From assembly GCA_029287915.1 (NCBI GenBank), contig JARFQE010000096.1, forward strand, positions 3,238 through 67,237: a stretch of DNA of 64,000 nt, in the 5' to 3' direction. The DNA comes from Arenicellales bacterium (GTDB lineage Bacteria > Pseudomonadota > Gammaproteobacteria > BMS3Bbin11). Below, piece after piece: positions 1 to 9,836 of this stretch (position 1 is its first letter; each line of letters begins with the position of its first letter). The translations under genes were made by a program, and so were the position numbers. The notes beneath the pieces are model-generated. The model searched no databases and was not told the origin of the DNA. It saw only the letters and a program-made list of their open reading frames with translations.

Positions 1-1
1 T

Positions 2-490
2 GCCGCCATTGACCTGAGCGTCAATACACTCACAGTAGTTATACAGCTGTTGCTCACGGGCAGGCTGGTTCGCTGGCTGGGCCTGTCATGGACCCTGGCC
101 CTGGTGCCGCTGTTGCTGGGGTTCGGCTTTGTGGCATTGGCACTTTCTCCGGTACTGGCAGTGCTGGTAGTAGTTCAGGTTGTACGCCGAGCTGGCAACT
201 ACGCTATTATGAGGCCATCGCGGGAAATGCTGTATGTCATACTTGAACGCGAGGAAAAGTACAAAGCCAAGAATTTTATCGACACCGCTGTGTATCGTGG
301 CGGTGACGCCGTCAGCGCCTGGATCTATACAGGTTTGCGGGGTCTCGGTCTTGGGTTGTCAGGAATTGCCTGGATTGCTGTACTGCTGTCAGCGTTGTGG
401 GCTTTATTGGCTTATCGACTGGGACGGGAACAGGACCGTCTGGCACAGGCAAGGTCTCAGTCAGCAGAGAACAATGACTCAGGGAGCTAA
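2..490 (+). CDS. NTT/AAA-family (ATP:ADP antiporter-like) MFS transporter, 5'-truncated by the window edge
   Basis: The frame is open from base 2. Hydrophobic helices and the motif RPSREMLY...EEKYKAKNFIDTAVYRGGDA are typical of bacterial NTT-like carriers. Confidence 0.75.
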   Translation, partial: AAIDLSVNTLTVVIQLLLTGRLVRWLGLSWTLALVPLLLGFGFVALALSPVLAVLVVVQVVRRAGNYAIMRPSREMLYVILEREEKYKAKNFIDTAVYRGGDAVSAWIYTGLRGLGLGLSGIAWIAVLLSALWALLAYRLGREQDRLAQARSQSAENNDSGS

Positions 491-496
491 AGTAAT

Positions 497-1432
497 ATGA
501 GTAATGACAACAACGGCAGCTTAAGTCGTCGCGGCTTCATACAGTTACTGGGTATGCTAGGTGTATCAGCAGGCGGATTACCGCTTACAGCCGCGGCTTC
601 CACAGCGATGCTGAAGAAAGCAATTCCGTCAAGCGGGCAGCAGATCCCGGTCATTGGCATGGGATCATCGAGGACATTTGATACCGGCAGCGATACCGAG
701 TCGTATGCAAGACTGACTGAAGTGCTGCAGGCATTTTTTGATCAGGGAGGGACTGTAATAGATACCTCGCCAATGTATGGCCGATCGGAACAGGTTCTCG
801 GCGACCTTCTAGTTACTGTTCGCAACAGGGAATCATTATTCATGGCGACCAAGGTATGGACCGAAGGCAGAGACGATGGCATCGCACAGATGAAGGAATC
901 GATGCGCCTGTTACGGGTGCCGGTGATAGACCTGATGCAGATACATAACCTGCTCGACTGGAGGGTTCACATGGAGACACTGATGGAGTGGAAGAAAAAG
1001 GGGCTGATTCGTTATATAGGCATCACCACCCATCGCGGTTTTGATCATGATCAACTGGCTTATGTAATGGAGAATCACCCCATTGATTTTGTCCAGCTCA
1101 GTTACAGCATTGCTAACCGGAAGGCGGAGCAGCGTATTCTGCCACTCGCCAGCGAGCGGGGCATTGCCACCATGATCAATCGACCGTTCATGCGCGGTAG
1201 TCTGTTCCAGCACGTCAAAGGTCAGTCACTGCCAGCATGGGCAAAGGAGTTCGATTGCCACAGCTGGGCACAGTTCTTTCTCAAATTCGTGGTTTCACAC
1301 CCGGCCGTTACCTGTAGCATCCCGGCTACTTCGAAAGTTCATCATATGGTAGACAATATGACTGCTGGCTATGGCAGGATGCCAGACGAGCGCGAACGTA
1401 AACGTATGTTTGAGTATTACACCTCGATATAG
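497..1432 (+). CDS. Aldo/keto reductase with twin-arginine (Tat) signal peptide
   Basis: SRRGFI followed by a hydrophobic stretch. AKR tetrad motifs IDTSPMYG, ATKV and QIHN, plus IPATS. Confidence 0.85.
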   Translation: MSNDNNGSLSRRGFIQLLGMLGVSAGGLPLTAAASTAMLKKAIPSSGQQIPVIGMGSSRTFDTGSDTESYARLTEVLQAFFDQGGTVIDTSPMYGRSEQVLGDLLVTVRNRESLFMATKVWTEGRDDGIAQMKESMRLLRVPVIDLMQIHNLLDWRVHMETLMEWKKKGLIRYIGITTHRGFDHDQLAYVMENHPIDFVQLSYSIANRKAEQRILPLASERGIATMINRPFMRGSLFQHVKGQSLPAWAKEFDCHSWAQFFLKFVVSHPAVTCSIPATSKVHHMVDNMTAGYGRMPDERERKRMFEYYTSI

Positions 1433-1517
1433 CACAGTGGTAACAGCTAGAAGCAGTATATGGTAAAAGTATTTCAGCTGTTGCGATCAACAGACACTTT
1501 GGAGAGTCAATAGAGCG

Positions 1518-1943
1518 ATGGAATTCTATGCCTTTGCAAGAATCGAGATGTCGCCGATAGCGATCCAGCGTGATGTTCATATCAGCAACCTGACGGAGCT
1601 CTGCCGCTCGATCGAAAAGGTGCTGTCGCAGCAGGGTGAGCGTGGTGAAATTTATTGTGTCTGGGGTGAGTTCAAGGTACATCGAGAGTTGATACGCCAG
1701 GGTGTTCGCTTTACCCTTCCGGGTTGTCCAAATGCACTACAGTGGACGATCACGACAGCCGTCGATAAACCCGGTGTGGTATGCGTGCACTGCACCATCG
1801 AGCAACCCAGTCATGATTCTGATTTCATTGAATCTCTGCAGCAATTCGTCGATGACTGGAAGCAGGGACTGGAATCTGGCAAGGCAGGCAGGCGTAAGGG
1901 CTCTGCACGTCGCGCCGCCGACTGCATGCCAATCTATGGCTGA
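1518..1943 (+). CDS. Hypothetical protein
   Basis: 141-aa ORF, co-oriented with its neighbours, with GGAGAG upstream. Cys/Trp motifs YCVWGEF and CPNALQW. Confidence 0.7.
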   Translation: MEFYAFARIEMSPIAIQRDVHISNLTELCRSIEKVLSQQGERGEIYCVWGEFKVHRELIRQGVRFTLPGCPNALQWTITTAVDKPGVVCVHCTIEQPSHDSDFIESLQQFVDDWKQGLESGKAGRRKGSARRAADCMPIYG

Positions 1944-1961
1944 CAACCGTGGGTAAATAAT

Positions 1962-2375
1962 GTGAAACAGATCCTGCAGCTAGAAACCTATCAACGGGAA
2001 GTGCTGGTCGATATTACTGACCAGGTAAAACGAGTAGTGGCAGACAGTGGCATAGACGATGGCCTGGTTTCTATCTATGCTCAGGGCGCAACCGCTGCCA
2101 TCATGATCCAGGAAAACTGGGATGACTCGGTGCAGACTGATGTAGTCAACCTGCTGCGAAAAATGATCCCGCGGGGTGTCTGGCTACACGATGCGCAGGA
2201 CGGCAACGGTGATGCGCATCTCAAATCAGGTCTCGTCGGGCCTTCGGAAACAATCCCTTTGATCGACAGCAGGCTGGGACTTTCGACCTGGCAGAATATT
2301 TTTTTCTGTGAATTTGACGGACCAAGGAACGACAGGCAGGTAGTGGTGACTATCCTGCTGGATAGTGACACCTGA
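1962..2375 (+). CDS. yjbQ: YjbQ/UPF0047 family protein
   Basis: Motifs DITDQV, ATAAIMIQEN, GNGDAHLKS and LSTWQNIFFCEFDGPR. Confidence 0.85.
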   Translation: MKQILQLETYQREVLVDITDQVKRVVADSGIDDGLVSIYAQGATAAIMIQENWDDSVQTDVVNLLRKMIPRGVWLHDAQDGNGDAHLKSGLVGPSETIPLIDSRLGLSTWQNIFFCEFDGPRNDRQVVVTILLDSDT

Positions 2376-2565
2376 AACAATACTGTTTCATACCTCTGCG
2401 TTCAATCTGTCCGCCGGGTCTGTTTTGATCACAACCATGAAGGGCATAAACGATTTGAACCCTTTTGAGAAACCTGTTGTAGTTGATATTTTTATTTGCA
2501 TCAGGTGGTGCGGTTTGGCTTATGGATATTGTGTTTGACACAAAGCTAAATAAGTCAGAGGCTGG

Positions 2566-2661
2566 TTAAGGCATTTGTGTTTTGATGTAGGTGACTGCTA
2601 CTGGCAATATTCCGAAAAAAATAACTGCAATGGCAATAGAATCCAGTAATTCCGTAGTCAT
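2566..2661 (-). CDS. Possible 31-aa single-TM small protein
   Basis: MTTELLDSIAIAVIFFGILPVAVTYIKTQMP has one hydrophobic helix and fills an intergenic gap. The RBS is weak. Confidence 0.3.
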   Translation of the reverse strand: MTTELLDSIAIAVIFFGILPVAVTYIKTQMP

Positions 2662-2819
2662 TCCCTGACAACACCAGTCAAATACCCGGCTATACAGGTA
2701 ATGCAGTTTCAGCATCAGAGCCGGTGATATCATGGAACCCATCTGCACCCATGTTCCATTATCCGGTCTGATATGATTTACTTATATTAATATCGTCTGA
2801 TTACAACGGAGTGTGAGAA

Positions 2820-3467
2820 GTGAATGTTTCTGATGGTGTCGAGCACCTTAACAAATTGCTGCCATTGAAGGCGCGTCAGGATGCACTGGATTCTGTGTTA
2901 CGGAATCTTCACCAAGAGGTTTTGCAAAGTTTCACCACCACCGGGCGACCGCTGTCACGAGCACAGATTGCTGCACGGCCAGGTGCCGTAAATGTCGATG
3001 ATATGCTGTCGCAGCTTGCAGCTGATGATCTCGTCGTATTATCTGCCGACAGACAGGATATCACCGGGGCTTATCCGTTTACGATTGAAGAACGGGTGCA
3101 TAAGGTACATGTTAATGGTCAGGATGTGTATGCCATGTGCGCACTCGATGCTCTGTCCATCGCACCTATGTTTGATGCCTCTACACGTATTCTGTCACGT
3201 TGCCATGTTACCAATACACCCGTCGACATCAAGATGAATGCAGAAAGGATACTATCGGCAATACCTGACGACGTGCATGTCGGAATTCGCTGGCAGGCGA
3301 CTTCGGGATGCGCTGCAAAAAGCCTGTGCATGGAAATGGTCTACCTCAAGGACGCGGACACGGCCCGGCAATGGCAGCAGCAGGATTCAGATAACATTAG
3401 CATTTATAGTCTTGATCAGGCAGTAGAATTTGGTGCAGCATTTTTCAGGCCACTGCTAAATACATAG
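2820..3467 (+). CDS. Organomercurial lyase MerB-like protein
   Basis: N-terminal winged-helix-like segment, GAYPFT, YAMCALDAL (catalytic Cys/Asp), SRCHVT and a second Cys region GCAAKSLC. Confidence 0.75.
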   Translation: MNVSDGVEHLNKLLPLKARQDALDSVLRNLHQEVLQSFTTTGRPLSRAQIAARPGAVNVDDMLSQLAADDLVVLSADRQDITGAYPFTIEERVHKVHVNGQDVYAMCALDALSIAPMFDASTRILSRCHVTNTPVDIKMNAERILSAIPDDVHVGIRWQATSGCAAKSLCMEMVYLKDADTARQWQQQDSDNISIYSLDQAVEFGAAFFRPLLNT

Positions 3468-3553
3468 TTATAATTGGCGCATACAGCAATCCCGTTTAAA
3501 TATTTAAATATTGCATGAACGATTGACAACAACATAAACAAGGAGAAAGCACG

Positions 3554-4348
3554 ATGATTAATAAAATGGTTTCGGTACTAATGCTGCTGTGTTTATCATT
3601 ACCGGCACTGGCAGAAGTGCAGGGCAAGGCTGTAGAGTACAAGTCTGGGGATACAGTCCTCAAAGGTTATCTAGCGTGGGATGATACCAATATGCAGCCA
3701 CATCCCGGTGTCCTTGTTGTGCATGAATGGTGGGGGCATAACGACTATTCGCGAAAACGGGCCGAGATGCTGGCAGGCTTAGGTTACACTGCTCTGGCAC
3801 TTGATATGTATGGCGATGGCAAGCAGGCCAGCCATCCCGATGATGCGGGCAAATTCGCCGGAGCAGTACGTAGCAACATGGAGGTAGCTGAGGCTCGCTT
3901 CAACGCAGCACTGGAACTACTGAAGCAACAACCCAATGTTGATGGCACAGATATTGCGGCAATCGGATACTGCTTTGGTGGAGGGCTGTTGCTGGAGCTG
4001 GCCCGCCGCGGCCTGGATATCGATGCCATCGCCAGTTTTCATGGTAGCCTGGGAACCCAGTCGCCCGCACAGCCAGGCGCAGTTAAGACAAGAATTGCAG
4101 TATTTAATGGTGCTGATGATCCGATGTCGAAACCTGAACAGGTGGCTGCTTTCAAAGAGGAGATGGATAAGGCTGGAGCCGACTACTTATTGATCGATTA
4201 CCCTAGTGCCATGCATGCCTTTACCAATCCCGATGCTGATGAACTTGCTGCAAAATTTGGTTTGCCATTGAAATACGATGCCAATGCAGATAATGATTCC
4301 TGGGCCAGGATGACGGTATTTCTAAAGGAAGCGTTTGCACCGAAATAA
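3554..4348 (+). CDS. Exported dienelactone hydrolase family protein
   Basis: AGGAG RBS, signal peptide, HEWWG, GYCFGG nucleophile, DD acid and HAF His. Confidence 0.9.
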   Translation: MINKMVSVLMLLCLSLPALAEVQGKAVEYKSGDTVLKGYLAWDDTNMQPHPGVLVVHEWWGHNDYSRKRAEMLAGLGYTALALDMYGDGKQASHPDDAGKFAGAVRSNMEVAEARFNAALELLKQQPNVDGTDIAAIGYCFGGGLLLELARRGLDIDAIASFHGSLGTQSPAQPGAVKTRIAVFNGADDPMSKPEQVAAFKEEMDKAGADYLLIDYPSAMHAFTNPDADELAAKFGLPLKYDANADNDSWARMTVFLKEAFAPK

Positions 4349-4565
4349 TCACTTCACTTGTCCAGCTTCTGTGGGATAGGTTCTGTTTCGAGCAGCAGTC
4401 GCACTGCATTGGTAAAAACTGCGCTGTGGCAGTTTCACGGTGCAGTGTGACAAGATAGTTGTGGTTTGATTGTCATGCTTAATGCAATAAGTACGACACA
4501 AACAGTACGATGCAGAAAAGCATTGTCATCATGCAAAGTCAACTTATCAGTGTATCGCACTGAAC

Positions 4566-4612
4566 AATGCCAAAATAGTGCATAAAGTCTTTGTCTGCAC
4601 CAAAAAAGTTCC
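4566..4612 (+). promoter_or_regulatory. Tandem NtrC-like enhancer sites
   Basis: AATGCCAAAATAGTGCA (4566-4582) and TGCACCAAAAAAGTTCC (4596-4612) each match one half of TGCACCA-N3-TGGTGCA. They are 30 bp apart and lie upstream of a sigma-54 motif. Confidence 0.55.
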
Positions 4613-4661
4613 GATTCTGCGTGTTAAAAAGAAGCAGAACCATATATAAGCCAAAGTTCCC

Positions 4662-4678
4662 CTGGCATGCTTTCTGCA
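4662..4678 (+). promoter_or_regulatory. Sigma-54 (-24/-12) promoter
   Basis: CTGGCATGCTTTCTGCA has exact GG-N10-GC spacing, about 90 bp before the ATG at 4770. Confidence 0.65.
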
Positions 4679-4769
4679 TGACTAGTACATAAAGAAATTT
4701 CTTGATCCGACCGCTATGCAACTGTTGTTGAATGTCTCGGTTGTCGGTATTGCAAAGGAAGCAGTGACC

Positions 4770-5717
4770 ATGGGCTGGCTGGAAAGCACGATAAGAAAGC
4801 AGCGCAATAATATAGAGGCCATTCTGATTGAGCCATTAAGCCAGGTTGCAGGGGTTTGCGCAGAACATTGGGATAATCGTCATAAGCTCGATATTGAGCT
4901 GAAGAAATACCTTGAGTGTAATAAAGAACACCGTTGCAGATTACTATACGCTATTGATAAACAGGGTCTACAGCACAGTAGCAATGTTTCTGACGTTGAT
5001 TCAGATGAAACTAGAATCGGTCAGGATCTTTCAAATCGACCATACCTGCATTTTAAATACGACAGTGATCAAAAAGATTTTGTATTGAGTGATGTTTATG
5101 TTGATAAACAAAAAAGAAAACCCTGTATCACAGCATTACATAGAATAACGCTAAATGATGAAGTATTAGGCTATATTGCAGCGGATTTTAATCTCAATGA
5201 TTTACCATTAAAGAATGTGGATGAGCCCCAGATTCAGGAATGGCGCCAGATTAAGGGCGACCCATCAATTCGTGGCACCCTGTTTCAACAACTGCGAACG
5301 AGAAGCGCGATGGATGAACATCTCGATGAAGTTCTGGATGTAGTTGAATCTCTGATCACTGAGCAGGGTATTTTTCACGCCAAATTACACTTTTCAAGTT
5401 CACGCGCGACACTTTGGCCCTACAATGATCCGTATCGTTATCATTTGCATGTTCTGGATGAAATCATTAATCCAAAAGTATGCCTGGTATATGCCAAAAT
5501 GGCATACCCCGGCGATGCTTCCATATCCGCCAATATTGTGCCAAAGATATTGAAAGTGTTTAAATCACTGCGTGAAGCAGATGAAACCATTTATCTACGG
5601 GCAGCTTCATTAAATATAATGAATGGGCTGGTTGGCCTTAATTTTTCCTGTGATGGTTCGCATTATATGTCGGCCGACGAGTTCATGAACAAGGATCTCA
5701 ATTTCTGGTTCGGTTAA
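4770..5717 (+). CDS. Stand-alone Cache/PDC sensor-like protein with uncharacterised C-terminal domain
   Basis: LYAIDKQG...GQDLSNRPY...LSDVYVD...PCIT...LGYIAADF is a Cache-type pattern. There is no TM segment. Start placed at ATG 4770, after AAGGAAG. Confidence 0.7.
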   Translation: MGWLESTIRKQRNNIEAILIEPLSQVAGVCAEHWDNRHKLDIELKKYLECNKEHRCRLLYAIDKQGLQHSSNVSDVDSDETRIGQDLSNRPYLHFKYDSDQKDFVLSDVYVDKQKRKPCITALHRITLNDEVLGYIAADFNLNDLPLKNVDEPQIQEWRQIKGDPSIRGTLFQQLRTRSAMDEHLDEVLDVVESLITEQGIFHAKLHFSSSRATLWPYNDPYRYHLHVLDEIINPKVCLVYAKMAYPGDASISANIVPKILKVFKSLREADETIYLRAASLNIMNGLVGLNFSCDGSHYMSADEFMNKDLNFWFG

Positions 5718-6141
5718 TATAAATTCATGGCCAGTGATAGAGCGATAGTACCTCCGGGTCGCAGATGCCTGACTATGTTTACTCCCTCTTTACTCATTTC
5801 GGTTGCAGTCTTTTTGGATGATACTATTTTTAGTCACATCTTTTGAACAGGGCTTGAGTAAAATATTTCCAGTCCAGTAACAGGCAGTTTTTTGCCTGTA
5901 CAAATGCTAAAAAAAGAATCTGAAGAAATAGACCACATAACAACAGCTATCTGTTATTCATGGACCTGGCGAGTTTTGTGAACATTATTGAAATACTCCT
6001 GATACCCTGATATTTATTTTTACGAGACAGCAGACGGTCTGAACTTTTAGTTTTTTAGAATAATCAAAGAGAGCCTGGCATCATTAACTACGAAAGAATA
6101 CGATAATCGAAGGAATTTTAGGATCCAGGTAAATTAATGAC

Positions 6142-6840
6142 ATGAAAAAAACCATCAAACTTTCATATTTTTCTGATGTGCTTTGTTTCTGGGCCTATGC
6201 TGCACAAATAAGCCTGGATGAATTAAAGATGAAATTTGGTGAGGAAATAAAAATTGATTACCACTTTATATCTGTATTTGGAAATACGGAGCACAGAATC
6301 GGAAAGGGCTGGCAAGATCGAGGTGGATATAAAGGGTTTTCTAAACATATTATTAAAGCAGCCAGAACGTTTCCTCATGTTTATGTGAACCCTGATATAT
6401 GGAAACTGAGTTTGCCGAAGACTTCTGCATCCAGTCATTGCTTTCTAAAGGCAATACAATTGCTGGAACAGAATGATCTGATCTCTTCTAGTATCGGCAC
6501 TGTCGATGGAAAATCAATTTTTGAGGAGTCTCTGTGGCGGGTTCGTTGTGCGTTCTTTGAAGAAGCTCTGGATATAAGTGAATTATCAGTGCTAAAAAAT
6601 ATCGTTGAAGATCTCCAGTTACCGATGGCTGATATAGAAAAATTATTAAATAATGGTTCAGCGCTCGCTGCATTAATGAGTGATATGGAAAAGAAAGAAT
6701 CATTAAAACTTGAAGGCAGCCCATCATATGTTCTAAATGATGGAAGACAAAAATTGTATGGCAATGTCGGTTACCGGGTGATCGAGGCTAATGTGATTGA
6801 GTTGCTGGAAAATGACGAAAACCGGTCGAGCTGGTGTTAA
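6142..6840 (+). CDS. DsbA/FrnE-like (2-hydroxychromene-2-carboxylate isomerase-like) thioredoxin-fold protein
   Basis: YFSDVLCFWAY active-site loop, EGSPSYV cis-Pro loop and C-terminal SWC. Confidence 0.75.
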   Translation: MKKTIKLSYFSDVLCFWAYAAQISLDELKMKFGEEIKIDYHFISVFGNTEHRIGKGWQDRGGYKGFSKHIIKAARTFPHVYVNPDIWKLSLPKTSASSHCFLKAIQLLEQNDLISSSIGTVDGKSIFEESLWRVRCAFFEEALDISELSVLKNIVEDLQLPMADIEKLLNNGSALAALMSDMEKKESLKLEGSPSYVLNDGRQKLYGNVGYRVIEANVIELLENDENRSSWC

Positions 6841-6881
6841 CTGCAGTTTGACGACGGGCATTTTTATTTGAATTTCCTTAA

Positions 6882-8315
6882 ATGATAGCGGCGAAACACG
6901 ATTCAGCTCCTGTTTACAGTGACAGGGATAAGCGAACGATTGGCAAATACCTGGAAAGATACTCCGAGCCAGAATCAAGGTGGCAGGCATCACAATTTGA
7001 AAAACTACCTGCCGATGGTTGGGATTATGTCGTGACGATTCCTGCCTGTGGTGAGGATGAATATCTGCCAGGGGCATTAGACTCAATCAATAAATGCCAG
7101 GCAGCTCGAAACAATGACAAAGTGTTATGTATCGTCATGCTGAATGGCAATCAGGCAAGAGAGGAAGAATTTAAGTCATCCAATCAAAGGATGCGGAACT
7201 GGTTCAACGACAACTGTATGCCTGTAACCGGTTCTCTTAACCCTGATGACGTGTGTCCACAATCACTTGTTAGGTGGCGAAACATTGATATTCTTATTAT
7301 CGATAGATCACAACAGCCATGGTTGATACCTTATGACCAGGGAGTCGGACTAGTTCGAAAAATTGCAGCAGACCTGGCCTTGTTTCTTATCTCAGTCGGG
7401 TGGGTTAAGAGCCCATGGATACATGCCACTGATGCCGATGCCAGAGTACCTGATGACTATTTTCTCAGAACCAATCAGCAATCAGGTAATTCAACTGAAT
7501 TATCATCAAAAGCCTGCTTTATCTATCCTTATCAGCACATCCCTGATCCCGATATGGAACAACATGAGCATGATCGCTACTGGCCTGCGGTCAGGGATTA
7601 TGAACTTTGGCTTCGTTACTATGTGGCCGGTCTTCAATGGGCGGGGTCAAGCTATGCGTATCCTTCTATCGGTAGTCTACTGGCCTGTGACGCGCTGGCC
7701 TATGCAAAGACCCGTGGTTTTCCAAAGCGCATGGCTGGTGAAGATTTTTATTTCCAGAACAAGCTGGCCAAGGTTGGCGAGATCATCATGCTGGAAGGGT
7801 TGCCTGTAAAGTTGCTTACCCGGGCATCGACCAGAGTTCCGTTTGGCACAGGTCAGGGCACAATCACGATAGTAAAGCTTAATAGCAACGATCAGGTATA
7901 TACCGTCTATCACCCGATGGTCTTTGTTTTTCTAAAGAATTTTTTCTATGCAGTGAACAACTGGATCAATGATACAGAGAAGAATGATATTGACAGGGAA
8001 GCAGCATTTATTGAAACGCTCGAGGGATCCCTTCCCCTGCAAAACGAGGCTAGTGACAACTATAGCGCCTGGTTGCACGATTTGATTGACGAACTTGATG
8101 TGTTTAAAAACCTGCGCGCTGCTGAACAGCGATCGGTTTCTTTACCAGGCGCTAGCAGACAATTCGATGACTGGTTTGATGGTTTTAGAACCCTGAAGCT
8201 TATTCATCGATTAAGGGACGAGCTCTATGGAAGCATTCCTCTTATTGACGCGTTGCAACTCGCAGAATTCATGCCAGGCCCGCAGCAGAAACCCGCGAAA
8301 TCAGATAAAAGATAG
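6882..8315 (+). CDS. GT-A fold (family 2-like) glycosyltransferase
   Basis: VTIPA, GVGLVRK, TDAD (DxD), GEDFYF and STRVPFGTG. Confidence 0.7.
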   Translation: MIAAKHDSAPVYSDRDKRTIGKYLERYSEPESRWQASQFEKLPADGWDYVVTIPACGEDEYLPGALDSINKCQAARNNDKVLCIVMLNGNQAREEEFKSSNQRMRNWFNDNCMPVTGSLNPDDVCPQSLVRWRNIDILIIDRSQQPWLIPYDQGVGLVRKIAADLALFLISVGWVKSPWIHATDADARVPDDYFLRTNQQSGNSTELSSKACFIYPYQHIPDPDMEQHEHDRYWPAVRDYELWLRYYVAGLQWAGSSYAYPSIGSLLACDALAYAKTRGFPKRMAGEDFYFQNKLAKVGEIIMLEGLPVKLLTRASTRVPFGTGQGTITIVKLNSNDQVYTVYHPMVFVFLKNFFYAVNNWINDTEKNDIDREAAFIETLEGSLPLQNEASDNYSAWLHDLIDELDVFKNLRAAEQRSVSLPGASRQFDDWFDGFRTLKLIHRLRDELYGSIPLIDALQLAEFMPGPQQKPAKSDKR

Positions 8316-8417
8316 ACTTTTCAGTTATCTCAGTCTGCAAGTCATTCATGAGAAAGCAGTTGTCCAGTACACTGAAATGGCGCACCTGCACAATGTATAT
8401 CTTACTTAAATGACTTA

Positions 8418-8837
8418 TTATCTGGGCTGTTTGGCTGGCAGCGTTACAGGTCTGGCAGGGGTAACATTTCCGCGCGGACGATTACGGTACACAGGGTACC
8501 CTGTGGGCGGATTTATTATCGTTGTTCTACCTGCCGGAGGAGGAGCGGGTGAAGGTTTGCTCTGTTCAATTTCGCGTTGTTTTTGTTCTTCTTGTACACG
8601 TTCTTTTTCAAGATCATCAGCAATCTCTTCTGTCTCTTGGTGACGTTGTATCCCTTCTTCATATGATTGTTGATTAAAGGTATCTTCTATAGTCAGAGTT
8701 GTTGCCCCCTTGACGTCCTTCGCGGCCTTTTTGTCACCGTAATGGACCTTGCCGTTTTCATCAGTCCATTTTTTTATCACATCGCCAGTTGCTGCTGATG
8801 ATACAGACAGAATTAGCAAAAAAAGTATGATCTTCAT
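8418..8837 (-). CDS. DUF4124 domain secreted protein
   Basis: Signal peptide, KWTDENGKVHYGD, then a coiled coil and a Pro-rich tail. Confidence 0.8.
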   Translation of the reverse strand: MKIILFLLILSVSSAATGDVIKKWTDENGKVHYGDKKAAKDVKGATTLTIEDTFNQQSYEEGIQRHQETEEIADDLEKERVQEEQKQREIEQSKPSPAPPPAGRTTIINPPTGYPVYRNRPRGNVTPARPVTLPAKQPR

Positions 8838-8966
8838 GACAGTTCTCCATTTTTCAGGAAATACTATAAATAAATCTGAGATATAAGAGAATAATTTTAA
8901 GATTACAGATTTGCAAGGTATACAATGACGACGGTTTCCCCGAATGAATGAGTATTTTTTCTATGT

Positions 8967-9836
8967 TTATCGATGGAGACTGCTGACCAGTTCAGCATAG
9001 CCAGTCTGATCAGGATCCAGCAGGCCATGGCGGATCAGGAAGTCAATGATGACCAGGTTGCAGTTAGGCTTGAAATCTTCTGATTCACGTATGATTTCCA
9101 TCACCACCCTGACCGGCATCAACTCAAATGATTCGACTTCCCCATCTGTGCAGACAGGGTAGAAATCGTCGGGCAGTTCAATGTCATAACAGTACAGTGT
9201 ATCAGGCTTGATGCCTTTTTCTGATTCAGCAAGATAGCTGACTGTGCCGGTCGGGAGCGCCTGTCGTGTCAGGTATTCATCCATACCCGCTTCTTCAGCG
9301 CACTCCTTTATCAGATTCTGCTGTAGACTAATATGCCAGGGAAGACCACCGGCGACCATGTTATCCAGCTTGCCCGGCGCGATATACCTGTCTCTCGCAC
9401 GACGTGCTATCCATAAGTAAATGCCATCACTTTTTCGAACAAAACCGTTCAGGTGCTGACCAAAGCTACGCAGGCCAAAATGGGGCACAGCGGATCTATC
9501 CAGCGTCATGACAGCGTGACTTCTGTCACCGGCTGTAACAGGATAGGGTTCATGGAGATAGCTTCTGATGACATTTTTTTCTATCAGGTCATGGAGGATC
9601 TTATCCACGGTTTTGCTGCGTGTTTTGAAGTCCTGAATTTTGTCAGTAAGTCGTATTGAAACCTGGTCCAGAATAAAGACCTCAGGCCAGGCGGAAAGAT
9701 GTTCAGCAAAATCGGGTTTCAGCCAGCCGGTCTGCCTGTCATCAATGATAAAAGGGATGTAGTTATCTGTATTCGCTACGTTGCAGCTGTTTACTCTATC
9801 AAGGTAAGCGCGGTAATCTCTACTAGAACTTTTCAT
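8967..9836 (-). CDS. NUDIX hydrolase with DUF4743 N-terminal domain
   Basis: LWIARR, PGKLDNMVAGG, KECAEEAG Nudix-like box, DGEVESF and FKPNCNLVIIDFLIRHG. Confidence 0.85.
   Translation of the reverse strand: MKSSSRDYRAYLDRVNSCNVANTDNYIPFIIDDRQTGWLKPDFAEHLSAWPEVFILDQVSIRLTDKIQDFKTRSKTVDKILHDLIEKNVIRSYLHEPYPVTAGDRSHAVMTLDRSAVPHFGLRSFGQHLNGFVRKSDGIYLWIARRARDRYIAPGKLDNMVAGGLPWHISLQQNLIKECAEEAGMDEYLTRQALPTGTVSYLAESEKGIKPDTLYCYDIELPDDFYPVCTDGEVESFELMPVRVVMEIIRESEDFKPNCNLVIIDFLIRHGLLDPDQTGYAELVSSLHR

Noticed and set aside
1518..2375. The TGA at 1941 is in frame with yjbQ with no intervening stop (possible selenocysteine or readthrough fusion)
   Set aside because: No SECIS-like hairpin is evident after the TGA, yjbQ is complete with its own start, and in-frame adjacency over 18 bp is common by chance.
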